Below, piece by piece: positions 1-12,357 of a stretch of 64,000 nt of DNA (the first letter of the stretch is position 1; every line of letters starts with the position of its first letter). The position numbers were made by a program, and so were the translations under genes. The notes beneath the pieces were generated by a model. It saw nothing but the letters and a program-made list of their open reading frames with translations, was not told the DNA's origin and made no database searches. The DNA lies in the NCBI RefSeq assembly GCF_038025025.1, contig NW_027117346.1, positions 1,364,001-1,428,000 on the forward strand. The letters are read 5' to 3'. Origin of the DNA: Phyllosticta citribraziliensis. Taxonomy: Eukaryota.

Positions 1-12
1 AAAAAGGAGCAT
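1..12 (-). CDS. Possible start of a divergent gene running off the left edge (MLLF...)
   Basis: Minus strand reads GCCACCATG (ideal Kozak context) at 18..10, after a pyrimidine-rich leader; only 4 codons are visible. Confidence 0.35.
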
Positions 13-1441
13 GGTGGCAGTGGTCGAGGTCGAGGTTGATTGCATTCTGGCCTAGCGTGAGAGACGACGGTGCGCGGAGAGGTGGTTGTTTTTTTTTTTT
101 CCAAGAGGCTGGTGGGTCGAGGTGGAAAGATGTTCTAGAATGCGCATCGAAGGCGGGGGAAGGGTCATGGATCGACGAGAGCATGCTTAAACGACGTCGT
201 ATTTTCACTCGGGGTGGAATTCTAGCGGCATGTGTGGCAGCTCGTGTTTGCGGCCAAGGGACGGAGGCGTGCGGGTGAGAGGAGAGAAAGGAGATTCGAG
301 ATTCGAGAGAGGAGAGATTGCGCGGTGTGGCAGGCTTTGCGGACATGAGCCTGGTTGGCTGGGCAATTTCTTTGCAGAGGTTGCGATGGATGGATGAGAT
401 TAAGCATGCCGACGTGGGGACGGCGTCGAGGGTCGTGATTGGACGGTCGCAAGCCACTGGTGGTTATTTTGAGAAGACCTACCTACGCTACAGCTGGTCA
501 GGCTGCGAGGTCTCGGACTTCACCTCAGCCCTATATTCCAACAGAGTGTTTCTATTCTATTCTGCGCTGTCTCGCCCCAAAGGGATACCGTGTTTGTCGT
601 TCCGTAACCGTCACGGCGCGGCGTTTGGATTGCGAGAGACGGTGTTTCAGGGATTGTAGAGAAGAGTGGTTCTGTTGTTGTCGTGGGATTGAGGCGTTTC
701 AAAGGCCGGGAAGCTCGTGGCCGGCGCATCCGCTCGCTTGGGACGGTGGGGCGGCCAAGATTATTTCGCCCACCACTCACTCCATGTCGGCTGCATCTCT
801 CGACCTGTACAACCACCAAACCCACATACATGTGCTTCCAACACGAACCCGGCGGGACCACGAAAACCAGCGCCCGTGTCCGTCTCTCCATCAAGAGCTG
901 GCTCATGGCCTCGTCGACTGGACTGGACTGTACGCCGTTGCCCCCCGCCTCTACCTGAAACATGTCCCGCGTCGACCGGTCATGGCTCCCGGACGCCTCA
1001 ACGTCACCCAGCCCAGCCCTGCCGAGTCTCGTGTCGTGCTTGCGTCTGCTCTGCTCGGAGCGCTCCGCCGACATCAAGGGCCTGGCCTGGCCCTGGCCCC
1101 CCGAAGCTTGCTGAGAATTGCGGCCCACCCTCTGCGCGGGGAGCATCCCAGCAAACCAAGGCCGGCCCCTTCATTTGCGTGAGACTGCCACCTCGACAGG
1201 CCTCACTGCACCGCGAACCGTTGCTGCGGCCCTAACTTTCGACTTCTGACCGCTACCCTTTTGTATTGCGGCTCCCCTCTCCTCCTGCTCGTACCAAGCA
1301 CCTTGTCACGACTCGATCCACGCACGCGCTATCTCAACTTTCTTACCCTGTTGGCACTGGAGCCGTCCTATCCTTTCAACATCCTTCCCACCCTTCCGCC
1401 TCCTCCTTCGACCCTACAGCTCTCCCGATCCGCTCCTCCTG

Positions 1442-4057
1442 ATGGCCACAAAGTCCCTGTCACGCTCCAAGTCCATGAACCTGAAGCGCTCCAAGCGCTC
1501 CGACCAAAAAGCCACTGTCCCCGACTTGTCTGCGCCACGCGTCGCCGTCCCTGATGTGAAGCCCCGCCGTGACGCCCGGAACACCAACAACCCTCCTCGA
1601 GATCATCCACACCGTGCAGATAGTGGCACAGCCTCGGGGAACGAATCCGAGCTGCAACGACCAAAGACGGCCACCGCCAAATCCCACCAGGAACCAGCTC
1701 CTCAGGACCACCAAGTTCGCATTGTGCTCAACGCCGACGCTGAGCCCGCAAAAGATCCCACGCCTGCTCCCGCCGCCGTCGTCAAGGACTCTGCCGAAAT
1801 TTTACGCCAGGAAACCAACATGCCCATCGGGATGGCGCTTGGTAGCCCGTCCCACATCACGCCGGGCATGTGGAAGCAATTCAACCCTCCAACGCCCTCC
1901 CAGACTGACTTCACCGCCGAGCAGACTCTGGCACCCGCCGCGCGTCCCATGACGAGCGACGGCGGCAAGAAGAAGTCAAACATCTGGAAGAGTCTGTTTG
2001 GTGCGAAGCAGGCCCCGAAGACTCCCCAACCATTCTACCAGTTGCAGGCTGCACCTCTACAAAAGACGGTGAAGCCTCCATCGCCACCGAGCTTGGAAAA
2101 GAATGGAGACAAGCACACTGTCATTCCCGTGGATCCTTCTTTGACCACTCAACAGAACAAGATGACCGAGGGTCGGAAACTAAGCAAGGCACACAGGACA
2201 GAAAAGCATGGCAAGAGCAGGTCGAGAAGCAAGAGCAATGCAGACGGCAAGACTTTGGATGCTCTCAATTCCACCGTGCCCCCACCTACGATTGAAGAAG
2301 ACGGCTTGACCCCGGCCCAGAGGGCTGCAACAAGTCCTCTGTTGAACGTCGATATTCCGAATGTGGAGATGGAGCGTTACAGCATCATGTTTGGCAACGT
2401 CTTGAAGCGTGAACCCTCGTCCAACCTCCTCCAGCGTCGTCAGGGCAACAAAGACGTCCTGAAGCCGCTGAATTCGGAATCGCTCAGAGTAAGCAGATTC
2501 ACTAGCATGCGTCGTTCTGTTTCGCTGCGTTTTCGCAAGCGGGGCAAGCTCACTAACTCGGGCCGTCAGCGCGCCGACCAGAGCATCTGCCAGCAAGAGA
2601 AGCTGGAGCGCCCTGAAGATACACTGCGACCTGCGGAGCCCAAGCGACGGGCAACTTCTCCAGGCTCCCCGTCATTCGCGCCCCCTTCCTCTGGCCTCTC
2701 ACTCTTTCCCCGGAAATCCATGCAGGACTCGCGGACAAATTCGCCGGCCCCAACTCCCAAGACGTCGGCCTCGCCACTGAGAAAACCACCGCAAAGAGCC
2801 TTTACTGATCCACCGACTCCGATCAAATTTTCCACCTCGCCCAACTTGGCGCGCGACGGCAACGGACGGAAAGGTAGCGATGCTGTGAACGAACAGGCCA
2901 AGTCGAAGCAAACCAAAACAACGCCTGCCAAGATCGACCCCGTTCAGCAGGCTGAACCACCTCAGGCTCCTAAAGAGCCTGTACCTGAGCTTTCGCCGGA
3001 TACTTCAGCCCGAGGCAGTCTTGACAGCGCGCAATCCTTTGAGACGGCCATTGGTGCACAACAGGGGCATCAGAGTGACGCTGGTCACGACGGCCGCCAC
3101 CCTTTGAGCAGTCACGCTGCTGGCGCCGCGTGGGATATGCTGAACCCGGCGCTCAAAATCAGGAGCGCGGCGCACTCTGGATCCGGGACCACCTCCATGT
3201 CAGACTCGACGCTCTCGTTGCAAAGCCAGAGCCCGCTGAGCAGCTTGTCGGGTCAAAGCATCGCGGCAGCGCAGGAAAAGGTGGCGAGAGAAAACGAAGC
3301 GAGGGCGCTGGAACGCGAGCGCATCCGCAGAATGGAGAAAGAATACGGGCAGCCAAAGATCAAGCCAAAAAGGAGCTACAGCGACGCGCAAGCCCACGTT
3401 GGCAACATTGGCACGATTGACATGACTAACGGCAAGGTTAAGCGGCACACTGATAGGGACACCACCGATGGGAGCGGTATCAAGCGGCAGCCCACTCTCA
3501 AGGAGCGTGCTGAAGAGGTTCAAAATGCCACCCGGGTCGCCATTGCGCGGCAAGTGTCCATTAGTCGCCAGCGCGCCCAAGCCGAGACGATCCGCGCGAG
3601 TCGCGCGGAGCGGGCAGCTGAAAGAGCTGCGGAGAGGGAACGGGTCCGCGCGAATGAGGAAGCTGAGCAGCCGCAGCAAGAGTCAGGGACAGGGGCGCAG
3701 GCGAGGGTAACGGGAGACATTCCAGCGGCATCGACTTCCGCGGCTGACGACATGGCTGTTAGCAACAGCGGCAATCGCAACGAGTTTCAACGGAGCCCGA
3801 TTCGCCGGAGTAAGACGACAAGTACAGTGCGCCCGCGTCTCGAGACCACGGTCCGGCCTGGCACGGCCAGCTCGCACACTGGAACTGCCATTGCGACGAC
3901 GCCTACCGCAACACCCTCGCTACAAAGGGGCGCCTCGCTCTTGGTTGTCCAGCGAAGCCCAACTGGTGAACGACTTGTCGAGCGTCGCAACCTCACCCCA
4001 GTCCTCGTCGACATTCCCAACCGCAAGAGCGCGTATGGACAGGTCGTTGACGCTTGA
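1442..4057 (+). CDS. Conserved fungal hypothetical protein, low complexity (S/P/T/K-rich), probably one in-frame intron
   Basis: 871-aa ORF; motif PLLNVDIPNVEMERYSIMFG resembles a conserved Pezizomycotina hypothetical family; GTAAGC donor at 2489, ACTAAC branch near 2552, CAG acceptor at 2569 or 2593. Confidence 0.8.
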   Translation: MATKSLSRSKSMNLKRSKRSDQKATVPDLSAPRVAVPDVKPRRDARNTNNPPRDHPHRADSGTASGNESELQRPKTATAKSHQEPAPQDHQVRIVLNADAEPAKDPTPAPAAVVKDSAEILRQETNMPIGMALGSPSHITPGMWKQFNPPTPSQTDFTAEQTLAPAARPMTSDGGKKKSNIWKSLFGAKQAPKTPQPFYQLQAAPLQKTVKPPSPPSLEKNGDKHTVIPVDPSLTTQQNKMTEGRKLSKAHRTEKHGKSRSRSKSNADGKTLDALNSTVPPPTIEEDGLTPAQRAATSPLLNVDIPNVEMERYSIMFGNVLKREPSSNLLQRRQGNKDVLKPLNSESLRVSRFTSMRRSVSLRFRKRGKLTNSGRQRADQSICQQEKLERPEDTLRPAEPKRRATSPGSPSFAPPSSGLSLFPRKSMQDSRTNSPAPTPKTSASPLRKPPQRAFTDPPTPIKFSTSPNLARDGNGRKGSDAVNEQAKSKQTKTTPAKIDPVQQAEPPQAPKEPVPELSPDTSARGSLDSAQSFETAIGAQQGHQSDAGHDGRHPLSSHAAGAAWDMLNPALKIRSAAHSGSGTTSMSDSTLSLQSQSPLSSLSGQSIAAAQEKVARENEARALERERIRRMEKEYGQPKIKPKRSYSDAQAHVGNIGTIDMTNGKVKRHTDRDTTDGSGIKRQPTLKERAEEVQNATRVAIARQVSISRQRAQAETIRASRAERAAERAAERERVRANEEAEQPQQESGTGAQARVTGDIPAASTSAADDMAVSNSGNRNEFQRSPIRRSKTTSTVRPRLETTVRPGTASSHTGTAIATTPTATPSLQRGASLLVVQRSPTGERLVERRNLTPVLVDIPNRKSAYGQVVDA

Positions 4058-4815
4058 AATGGCGGCGCCTTCTCTTCTCACACAAATTTGTTACAGCACA
4101 CACTTCTATTTCTTTTGTTATTTTGCTTTGTTGCACTCATGAATGACCTCTGAGCATTTGTATCATCCATCGGCTGGCTGGCGGTTGTTTGTTTGCGGTT
4201 CATCATCTTTTCTCGTCCATGTTCGTATGGGCTGCCTGCGGTGCGAAAAAGTCGCTGTGGCACCTACCACATGTCTGTTCTCCTCAATCTTCTGATTTTC
4301 TTATTTCCTTGGCTTGCACTGGCTCATTGGAGATCGATACCCTAGCGGAGGTACGGTTTGGATTGGATTGGGACTGGAATTTCTTCGCTTTGCTCTGGGG
4401 CTCGCCCACACCTTGTACTCTCATCTCTTTCTTCTTGTTCAATATGACACTACATACTTTTCGATCTCTCCAACCCTTCCTCTCGTGGTGAGGACTGAGT
4501 CTGCTTCCTGCTGGGCTCCAAACCGCAAATACCCCGCGGCGGCCCTCTTCGCCCTACGTAAACAGCTGGAGGTGGCTCGTCTGACGTACCCAGCTGCGCG
4601 CGGACAGACGATGAGCGTTCCTGGGCCGTCCGCGAAATTAGCTGACGAGGCGTCCACCCAGCGCGCAGTGAGTGACGTCGATCCCAAAAGTCTCGACTCG
4701 CAACAAACAGGTCCAGAATCAGGGCACACACATGTGGAACCCCACATACCCGTACGCGCGCACACACGCACGGCGGCAGCAATGGACCTGCAAATCTTTT
4801 GTTGTTAGCCCGCTG

Positions 4816-4833
4816 AAAAAAAAAAAAAAAAAA
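4816..4833. repeat. poly(A)18 tract
   Basis: Direct reading. Confidence 0.95.
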
Positions 4834-5336
4834 GGGCAGCATCAAGCATTATTGGAGAAGACTCCGAATGTTCACACGGCGCCCCCACCCGAGCTCGCTT
4901 CTGGCAAAACATCACCACTGGGCTCACGCCCGTCTCAAGGACCCTTCGCTTGCTTTGGTCGGTTGCGAGAGCATGATTTTCTACCACGCGCTCGCAAAGA
5001 CATGGTCCAACACCACTTCCCTCATCAAACAATGAACACGGCAAATTGATTGCAGCTGCCGACTGCGGGGCGTCTGGCTGAAATCACGTCGTTGTCAGCG
5101 CGCGCAAATTCCCATGGATTAGCGGACATGAAGGAAAATGCGGGGGGCAACGGCGGCGAAGAAGAACTTGATGAAGCGTTGCTTGCATTATTGCATTGCG
5201 AAGTATTGCCGTGAGAGCACGCGCCCCCCCTCCAACTTCCGAGATGCCCTGCTTTGCCGTGCCCTGCTCTGCTCTGCCCTGGCTGGCCACCGCAACAACC
5301 TTGCCGCCGCTCTGCTGCTATGTAAGGCTGCTGCGG

Positions 5337-5339
<3 letters not shown>

Positions 5340-5371
<32 letters not shown>
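5340..5371. repeat. poly(T)32 tract
   Basis: Direct reading. Confidence 0.95.
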
Positions 5372-5372
<1 letters not shown>

Positions 5373-6379
5373 TTGCGTGCATATTTCGCTTGGGTGCTTC
5401 GCCAACTGCCTGTCACGCCTCGGCTATCGCGACTGCTGCTACGGTGGGGTCGGTCGGGCGGCAGTCCACTTGTCTTCTGCGGAACATATACGCAAATGCG
5501 GATACTTGCGAGCATGCATCATCGGCGGTCTCCACTGCGGAGGAGACAAGAGTTTCTGACGGATGGTGGGCGCATCGTTCGTCAAGGATGGCAGCCGCAG
5601 ACAGAGTGCTTGCGTGCAGGAAGAGGGGCAACTGGACGACGGGTGATAAGAGGGCGCACATGTTGCGATGCATGCATGGTGTTTGTGTCTCAGCTCCCTG
5701 CGCAGCAACGTAGCTGTCCATGTGCTGCTCTCTCCCCTCTCTTTCCCCTCAATCATCTCTTCATCTTGTTTTGCTGCTCCGTTGCGCCGATGCCGCGCTG
5801 CGTCGACTTTTATCGCCATCCCACATTGTACCGGTAGGTGTGTAGGGTTCACGTATATGGACCAATCGAGCACACTGACGTCTCGGCTACCTTGCCTATT
5901 CAGGCAATCAGTCTGCGCGACGTGCGTTTGATGTGCGCCCGACCTAAAACACCACCGCAAACGGTTCCTTCGTCCCTTCGTCCCTTCCGCTCCTCTGCCT
6001 TGACCTTGGACGTGATGTCACGGCACGTCACTCACTTTCCCAATTGCCTCGGACACCAGTCAATCCATTAACGACACCCGCAACCAAGTCCGCATGACCA
6101 CCACCATCCTCCACAGAATCGTCTGTAGACTGTGGTAGGTAATGTAGGGATGATGCAGTGGTTGGGCGCGCGGCGGGCCTTTTTACGTGCTTGAAATAGC
6201 AGCATTGCAGGCAAACAGCCAGCGCAATAAATTTGGCCCAAGCCTTCTTTTCCTTGCGCCCCCCCGGCTGCCAACCGGAAGCTAATCCATCCCTTCCTCC
6301 AACCTACCTTGAAATACCTACCTGCGTATATCGCGACACGACGGCGCAGACCAACAGGATACTGTTCCTGTGCTTTAGA

Positions 6380-6412
6380 AGCAGCAGTAGCAGCAGCAGT
6401 AGCAGCAGCAGC
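6380..6412. repeat. (AGC/AGT)n microsatellite
   Basis: agcagcagtagcagcagcagtagcagcagcagc. Confidence 0.85.
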
Positions 6413-6566
6413 GAAACCACAGCACGCAATCAATTCACCATGCCGACCGCAGTAAGCAACGCAGGCCATCTCAAACACAACATCCGCCAAAATTTTTTAA
6501 GTTGGTCGCAATATTATCACCACAGGGGACTAGGGAGAAGGGAAAGCTTGTTGTTGGTCGAGTCGT

Positions 6567-6590
6567 GCCGCCGCCGCCGCCGCCGCCGCC
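6567..6590. repeat. (GCC)8 microsatellite
   Basis: Direct reading. Confidence 0.9.
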
Positions 6591-7305
6591 AGCCGCCGGC
6601 CGGGTTGGCGAATTTTCCAGACGCAGTAGTCGGGGCAGCAGGCTCGTGCAGCGTTAAGCTTACTGGCGGGATCCCTTCTTTTCGGTCAGGGATGCGAGCT
6701 CGAGCTCTGCCAAATATAGATCGTGCGGACCCTGCTTCTGCTTGATATCGTTGTCCGTCCGCCGACGCTGTACCTTGTTGGTTGAAGCATGTGCGCGACT
6801 GCTCATCAGACGATACATAGTTTTTGCGGGATGGTGATGGAGGGTGTCGTGCCGCCGGGCTACAGTACTTTTGGCGCACGTGAAGGGGATAGACCAGTTG
6901 TGGGCAATAATGGAGGACGGCATTCCGAAATTTGGTCGTGCCGCGCTCAACGGCTGCGGCTGTCTACCGAGGTACTTACTCTACTTGCAACCAACTGCTT
7001 ACCGTGCGCGTGCCCTGGACGTCTCGCCCGCCGCTCCTGCTTGAATAAGCAAGCCACACTTACCGGGACGATGGCACACCCACCCATCAGGACCGGGAAC
7101 GGGAAAAACGATGTCCAGTACTTCCCGGGAAATTGAGAAAAGGCACCTGAAGCTTGAGGCAATGCACGCGACACCGCCGCCGCCGTCCATGCAAAAAAAG
7201 CCCGCGCTAGGAAATGAATCTGAGAGACGTGGTGGCTAAGCACTTGCTCGTATCGGGGGATCTGAGATATGCTTGGTGACGGCGGCAAGCAAGCCTAGGT
7301 GAGAT

Positions 7306-8515
7306 CTAGTCGAGCTTCGCCGAACGAAGCTCCCGGAGCGTCGACGCCGACTGCAGAATCTCCTGCAGCAGTTTGGCGTAGTCCCATCCCAGACCGCTGG
7401 CGGCGAGGGCGCACAGGCTTGCCTGGTCCTCCCGGCCAGGTCGACCCGGTCCAGTCATGTTCTAGAAGCCAGGATGGTCAGTAGGGAGAGAGAGGTAAAA
7501 AGCGAGAGCACCAAGTGTAAAAAGGACCAACCGGCTTCATGTTGATGTCGAACAGTGCAAAGGGGCTGCCCGGCTCGTCGCTGAATCGCCGAATGTCGAT
7601 TCGGATTGGGGCCTTGGTCTTGAGCAACTCTGCGACGCCGGCACACTCGCGAGATGCTTGCTTGTAGGTCGGGTCTGCCGCCTCTTCCTCTTCAGTCAGT
7701 GTCCGTGAGTTAGCCGTCACCGCCACGACGCCACTGTACGGCGCGATGCCTGCAACGTGGTTGAACCTGGTCACAATGGGCATGGCCCAGTACGTCGGCC
7801 GCTCTGCCGACGGCGGCATCACCGTGATGGTGGCTTCCTGTCCCGCGAGGTACTCCTCCAATATCACGGACGGAGACTCTTTCCACAGGCTCTGGACGTG
7901 GCGCTCCAGTTCGTCGAGGGATTGGCAGAGCTTCACGCCATGGCTGCCGCGCCCACGAACTGGCTTCGCAATGACTGGACGCCCGCTCAGCTGTTCCCGC
8001 TCGAGCACAGCCGCGAGGTCGTCGCCCGCGTTTGCCAAACAGGAGACGGGAATGGTGAAGCGACCCTGCTCCTTCAAGATGCGGTTCACCAGCGCCTTGT
8101 CGTCGTACGTTTCGGCCAACAAGGGCGGCTGTCCCACGACGCGTACGTCATCCTGGTGCGCGTCCAACGCGGCAGACGTCTGCAGCGGGTGCTCCTTGAA
8201 GAGCACCGTGTTTGCCCACAGGTGCGTCGCGCCGGCGCGCACTGCGTCCAAGATGCCAGCCTCGTCATCCCCAAAAGACCAGTCGGCGTCTTTTGCTGGA
8301 TCTGGTGTCGCAGCGGGCGTGGCCACGGCGAATCCGCCAGAACGGGCGACAGTGTAGGCTATGTCGGCGCAAGAGTCGACGTAGCCGTTGGGCTTCTTGG
8401 GCTTTTGCACGCCATTGAGGACAGGCGGGTCGAGCGCCTGGTAGAGTACGGCGAGACGGGGCTTCATCTGGCTGGAGAAGAGACGGAGTGAGCTCGCGAT
8501 GACGGGATGGCGCAT
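7306..8515 (-). CDS. ATP-grasp fold enzyme (D-Ala-D-Ala ligase / glutathione synthetase-like), 2 exons
   Basis: Motifs PVIAKPVRGRGSHGV, ILEEYLAGQEATITV, RIDIR, FDINMKP|NMTG. Intron 7462..7531 (GTTGGT..CTGAC..TAG) joins NMKP to NMTGPGRPGREDQASL...AKLD*. Confidence 0.85.
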
Positions 8516-8899
8516 AGCGTGGCGGTGGTGTACGACGGGCTCGTAATGTGTGTTCAGCTAGCTCGAAATTCTGGATGAGTTCGACGGCGATCAAGGTTTT
8601 GGAGTTAAGTACCTGTAGGACAGCAACACAGCAATCTCGACGCAGTGGATGGCATGGTGGTTTCCCCGCATCGTGGTCGACGGGGTAAGAGGACGTCCGA
8701 CGTGCGGACTTTGGCGCTCGACCCTTCGGAGATAGCGTCATGGTAGCACAATGATGGAATCCCCGAAGGTTTGCCGGACGCGAAACCACCAACCAAGGCA
8801 GGCAAGGCACGTCGTCGTTGGCAAGTGACGCGTCGTACGACACCATACCCTCGTCCGCCTATCATTTTTTGATCAAGTCTCTGCCCCGTCGATTTTGCT

Positions 8900-9830
8900 A
8901 TGAGCACGGATTCAATCCAGATTGACCGTATCGCTGCCAGCCGCGTCTTTCCAACCTACAGGTATGCAACGAGTAGGGAGCTCGACGGGCGTCTGGTGGA
9001 TCAATGCCCTCTCGACAATGGACGTCATGTTTGCGATGACTATGCGGAGCACATCGACTTGGGCGATTTCGAAAAGCTCCCCCTTGAAATTCGTCAAAGT
9101 GTTCTCGTGAAGCTCGACCTCCGCACGTTGACAGATATTCGACGCGTCAACAAGCGCGCAATGCAGGTCGTCGACACGGTCAAACACGCCTCCATTGTTC
9201 TTCGGGCTATTCTCAGTGTTGAAGTGGCATCTTTCATCTCTTGCGAAGACCTTTACAGCGAGCTCAGCCGGAGAGACTGCAGACAATGTGGTCATGTTGC
9301 TGCCTATCTCCATCTCCTGGCCGCGGAAAGAATCTGTGACTTCTGCTTGAATAGAGCCCGTTCGATTCGAATGATGTAAGAAAGATATCTTTACACACTT
9401 TCTTCCGAGACAGAATTCAAAGATCTGGATCACACGATGGAAAAGTTCCCTTCATACGAACTTTACCCAGAGTAGGACGACATGCAAAATCTGTGCGGGT
9501 CGTTTTGGCGAAGCTTCCCTGTGATGCACTTGCGGCAGGCGATCCCTAGCTTGGAAATTCAGAAAGTCCTTGAAACTGGAAGGCTGGCTGGAAAGTCGAG
9601 GGTTGGGGTTGAAAGGAAAGTCCGACCAATCGTTGGTGTGCCAATCATCAAACCTGGCGCCGCAAATGCAGAGTGGACCTTTTCATGCCCTGGATGCGAT
9701 CTTGTAAAAGGCACTCACTCCCCCGCCTGAGCTTCGCAACGGGCATCGATGGCTCAACCTACGTCTCACGCACTATACCCAGGAGACCTTTTCAGACCAA
9801 ATCGAGAAGCTTGGTGAGATTACTGTAGCT
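8900..9830 (+). pseudogene. F-box domain protein with Cys-rich segment, probable pseudogene
   Basis: LGDFEKLPLEIRQSVLVKLDLRTL F-box; CRQCG..CDFC. The same frame continues through TAA (9377) and TAG (9473) into the 9482..9730 ORF (EWTFSCPGC). A C-terminal-like segment YTQETFSDQIEKLGEI near 9774 is in a shifted frame. Confidence 0.6.
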
Positions 9831-10411
9831 TCAATACCAGAGGTCGGGGCAGGTACTTTCACGCAGAGTACCCTACAAAATGGCAGCCACTGTGGGACCC
9901 TATTTACAAATGGATATTGCCGGCAGGTCCAGGATTGCAGCTGCACAATTGAAGCTTCAATTCCTCTGCTGGGCAAAGACCTTTTCCCAGCTCCACAATC
10001 AGCCTGCAAAACCTCTCCTCGCACGTAGTGAAAAGGGAAATATTGTTCAAGATGGAGAGACTATTCCACAGCGTCCAAAGGAGGCGATACTACCTCTGCT
10101 CTGGGGCCAGACATTCGAATGCAAGGTATCTTCTCAACTAGACTGTCGATTTTTTCCCATTCTCCCGCTCACTTTTTCTCCAAATCAAGTACGATGGTAT
10201 AATTACCTTTTCTCATTCTTCCTCTGGCCTAAATATAGTAAAATGGTGTCAACATGCACACTAGACAGCTCAGCCTTGCACGATGGGTGGTATGTCTTGT
10301 ACAGGGCTGGCCCCCACGTGTTACGAGAAGCCCCTTGGGCAACCCCGCCGAAACTTCAAAAACCACGAGGCTATGGGCTGTGAACGATAAAATCTCCTCT
10401 TTACAATCAAA

Positions 10412-12357
10412 ATGTCGACTGAACCTGATCTCGACCGTCTCGTCCGGCAGACGACGGAAGTGCCCCGAACAAATTCGGCGCGGTCAACACAGAATTCGGA
10501 ATCTACCATGATCAGCGAGGTGGAGGATGCTCTGCGGGCATCCAGCGAGGCTACAGGAGCCAAAAGCCCCGAAACAAACACTGCTCAGTCCACAAACTCC
10601 CACCAGAATCGGCGGCCGGAACTCAACAGTCTTCTCGAGATCGGACTGGAGAAAAAGAGGAATCGCTATTTGGACAAGAAATTGATCCGAGATGCGTGGG
10701 TTTGGGAAACGCTGAGCATTGCCATGTCTTTCATAGCCCTGGCTGCAATGGCTGGTATTCTGTACAAAATCGACGACAAGCCACTCGACTGGTGGACTTT
10801 GCCAATCCGTCCCAACTCTCTCATATCGATTCCAGCGGCCATCGCAAAGGCATCTTTAATCTTGCCGGCCACTGAATCCATCAGCCAGTTGAAGTGGTTG
10901 TACTTTAGCAGCAGCTCCCGCCGGTTGACCGATCTTCAACGTTTCGATGACGCGAGCCGAGGGCCTTGGGGATCATTCACATTCCTCGTTTACTTCCATT
11001 TCAAAAAGCCCACCATTCTCGCCTCCTTGGGTTGCATCATTATTGTCGCAGCGCTGGCTCTTGATAGCTTTACCCAGCAAATCATCAGCTATCCCTCGAG
11101 GTCAATTACCGCTGTTGGGACCACGGCTTCAACACCAAGCGCATACGCTTACGATGCCGGCATAGTGCGGGAGTCTGGATCAACCTTCGACTCTGGTAGG
11201 TCTCTTCTGCTGAATGGACGAAAAATTGCTGACATGTTGCAGAATCCAGAGACGATCAGATGCAAGGTGCGATTTTCGCAGGTGCCTACGGGCTGTCATC
11301 CGGTTCGCTCCTGCAATGTCCCACCGGAAATTGCACATGGGACCCTTTTATCACGCTTGGAGTCTGTTCAAGCTGTCTGAATATCACAGCCGAATGCAAT
11401 CGAAGTTGCTCTCCCGACACCGAGGAGCAAAATGATTCAGTCAAAACTTGCAGCTACACCACAAAGGACGGTATGACTTTGAGTGCAGAATCCAAGACGG
11501 AAGGACTGTTCCAGTACACGATGCTTAACTCCACCGTCAGAACTGGCGTCTCTCCCACACACGCAAAAATTGCTCGATCCATTATTTTGCGGACTCCCCC
11601 TGTCGTTACGGGGACGAACGATATCCCACTTCCAGAGGATGCGGAAATCCAACAGTGCACCTTTTCTTGGTGTTTGCGAGACTACCCGGCCCAATTCATG
11701 GAGAATGCAGAAGCCGCTCCAGTCTCTAGCGTTGATATCGAGCTGCACTTTGCTGCCAATAGCACGGACACTTCATTAGTAACGGGCGTCGGGAAGCAAT
11801 TCTACACAGTGATCTCGTACGATGGGGACGGCTATCAGATCAGTGTCTCCAATCACCAAGACACCTCAAATCTTCTCACCAGTCTCTTGAACATAGAGAT
11901 GAGCTTCGAGATTCCTACAGGTGCAACAAGCAACCAAAGATTTGGACTCGACCGGACGCTCTACAAGTCCTCGAATCTTTCTGCTTTGTTTCAAAATATG
12001 GCAGACCAAATGACCGATCGATTGCGAAGAAGCGACAACATCACTCAGGTTTCTGGCAACGCCACAAAGACAGAGACTTACATTCATGTCGACTGGCTGT
12101 GGTTTATCCTTCCGGTTGCTCTTGCCTTGGGGACATTTCTGCTTCTTCAGCTTTCCATGGTCAGCACGAAGCGCGCGAAAAACTCCTTGTGGAAATCTTC
12201 GCTCATGCCTCTTTTATTTCATGGAATCCAGGGAGATTACGAAGAGGCCGGAGCGACAGATGCACTGTCGGGAATGGAGACGATTGCAGAGTCCTTGAAG
12301 TCGCGGCTTCGGCGCAACGATGACGAAGAACTCAAGCTCATGCTCGAACCTCGATAG
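10412..12357 (+). CDS. DUF3176 family membrane protein, 2 exons
   Basis: ESISQLKWLYF, FDDASRGPWGS, DSFTQQII, CPTGNCTW, WKSSLMPLLFHG. Intron 11196..11242 (GTAGGT..GCTGAC..CAG) joins the two ORFs in frame. Confidence 0.88.

Noticed and set aside
439..1235. Overlapping 170-250 aa ORFs upstream of the 1442 gene
   Set aside because: GC-rich intergenic or UTR sequence open in several frames, with no domain or coding bias
5025..5837. ORFs with poly-Lys or poly-Phe runs
   Set aside because: Produced by translating the T32 tract; no other coding signal
7746..8491. Two + strand ORFs of 203 and 244 aa
   Set aside because: Antisense shadows of the GC-rich ATP-grasp gene
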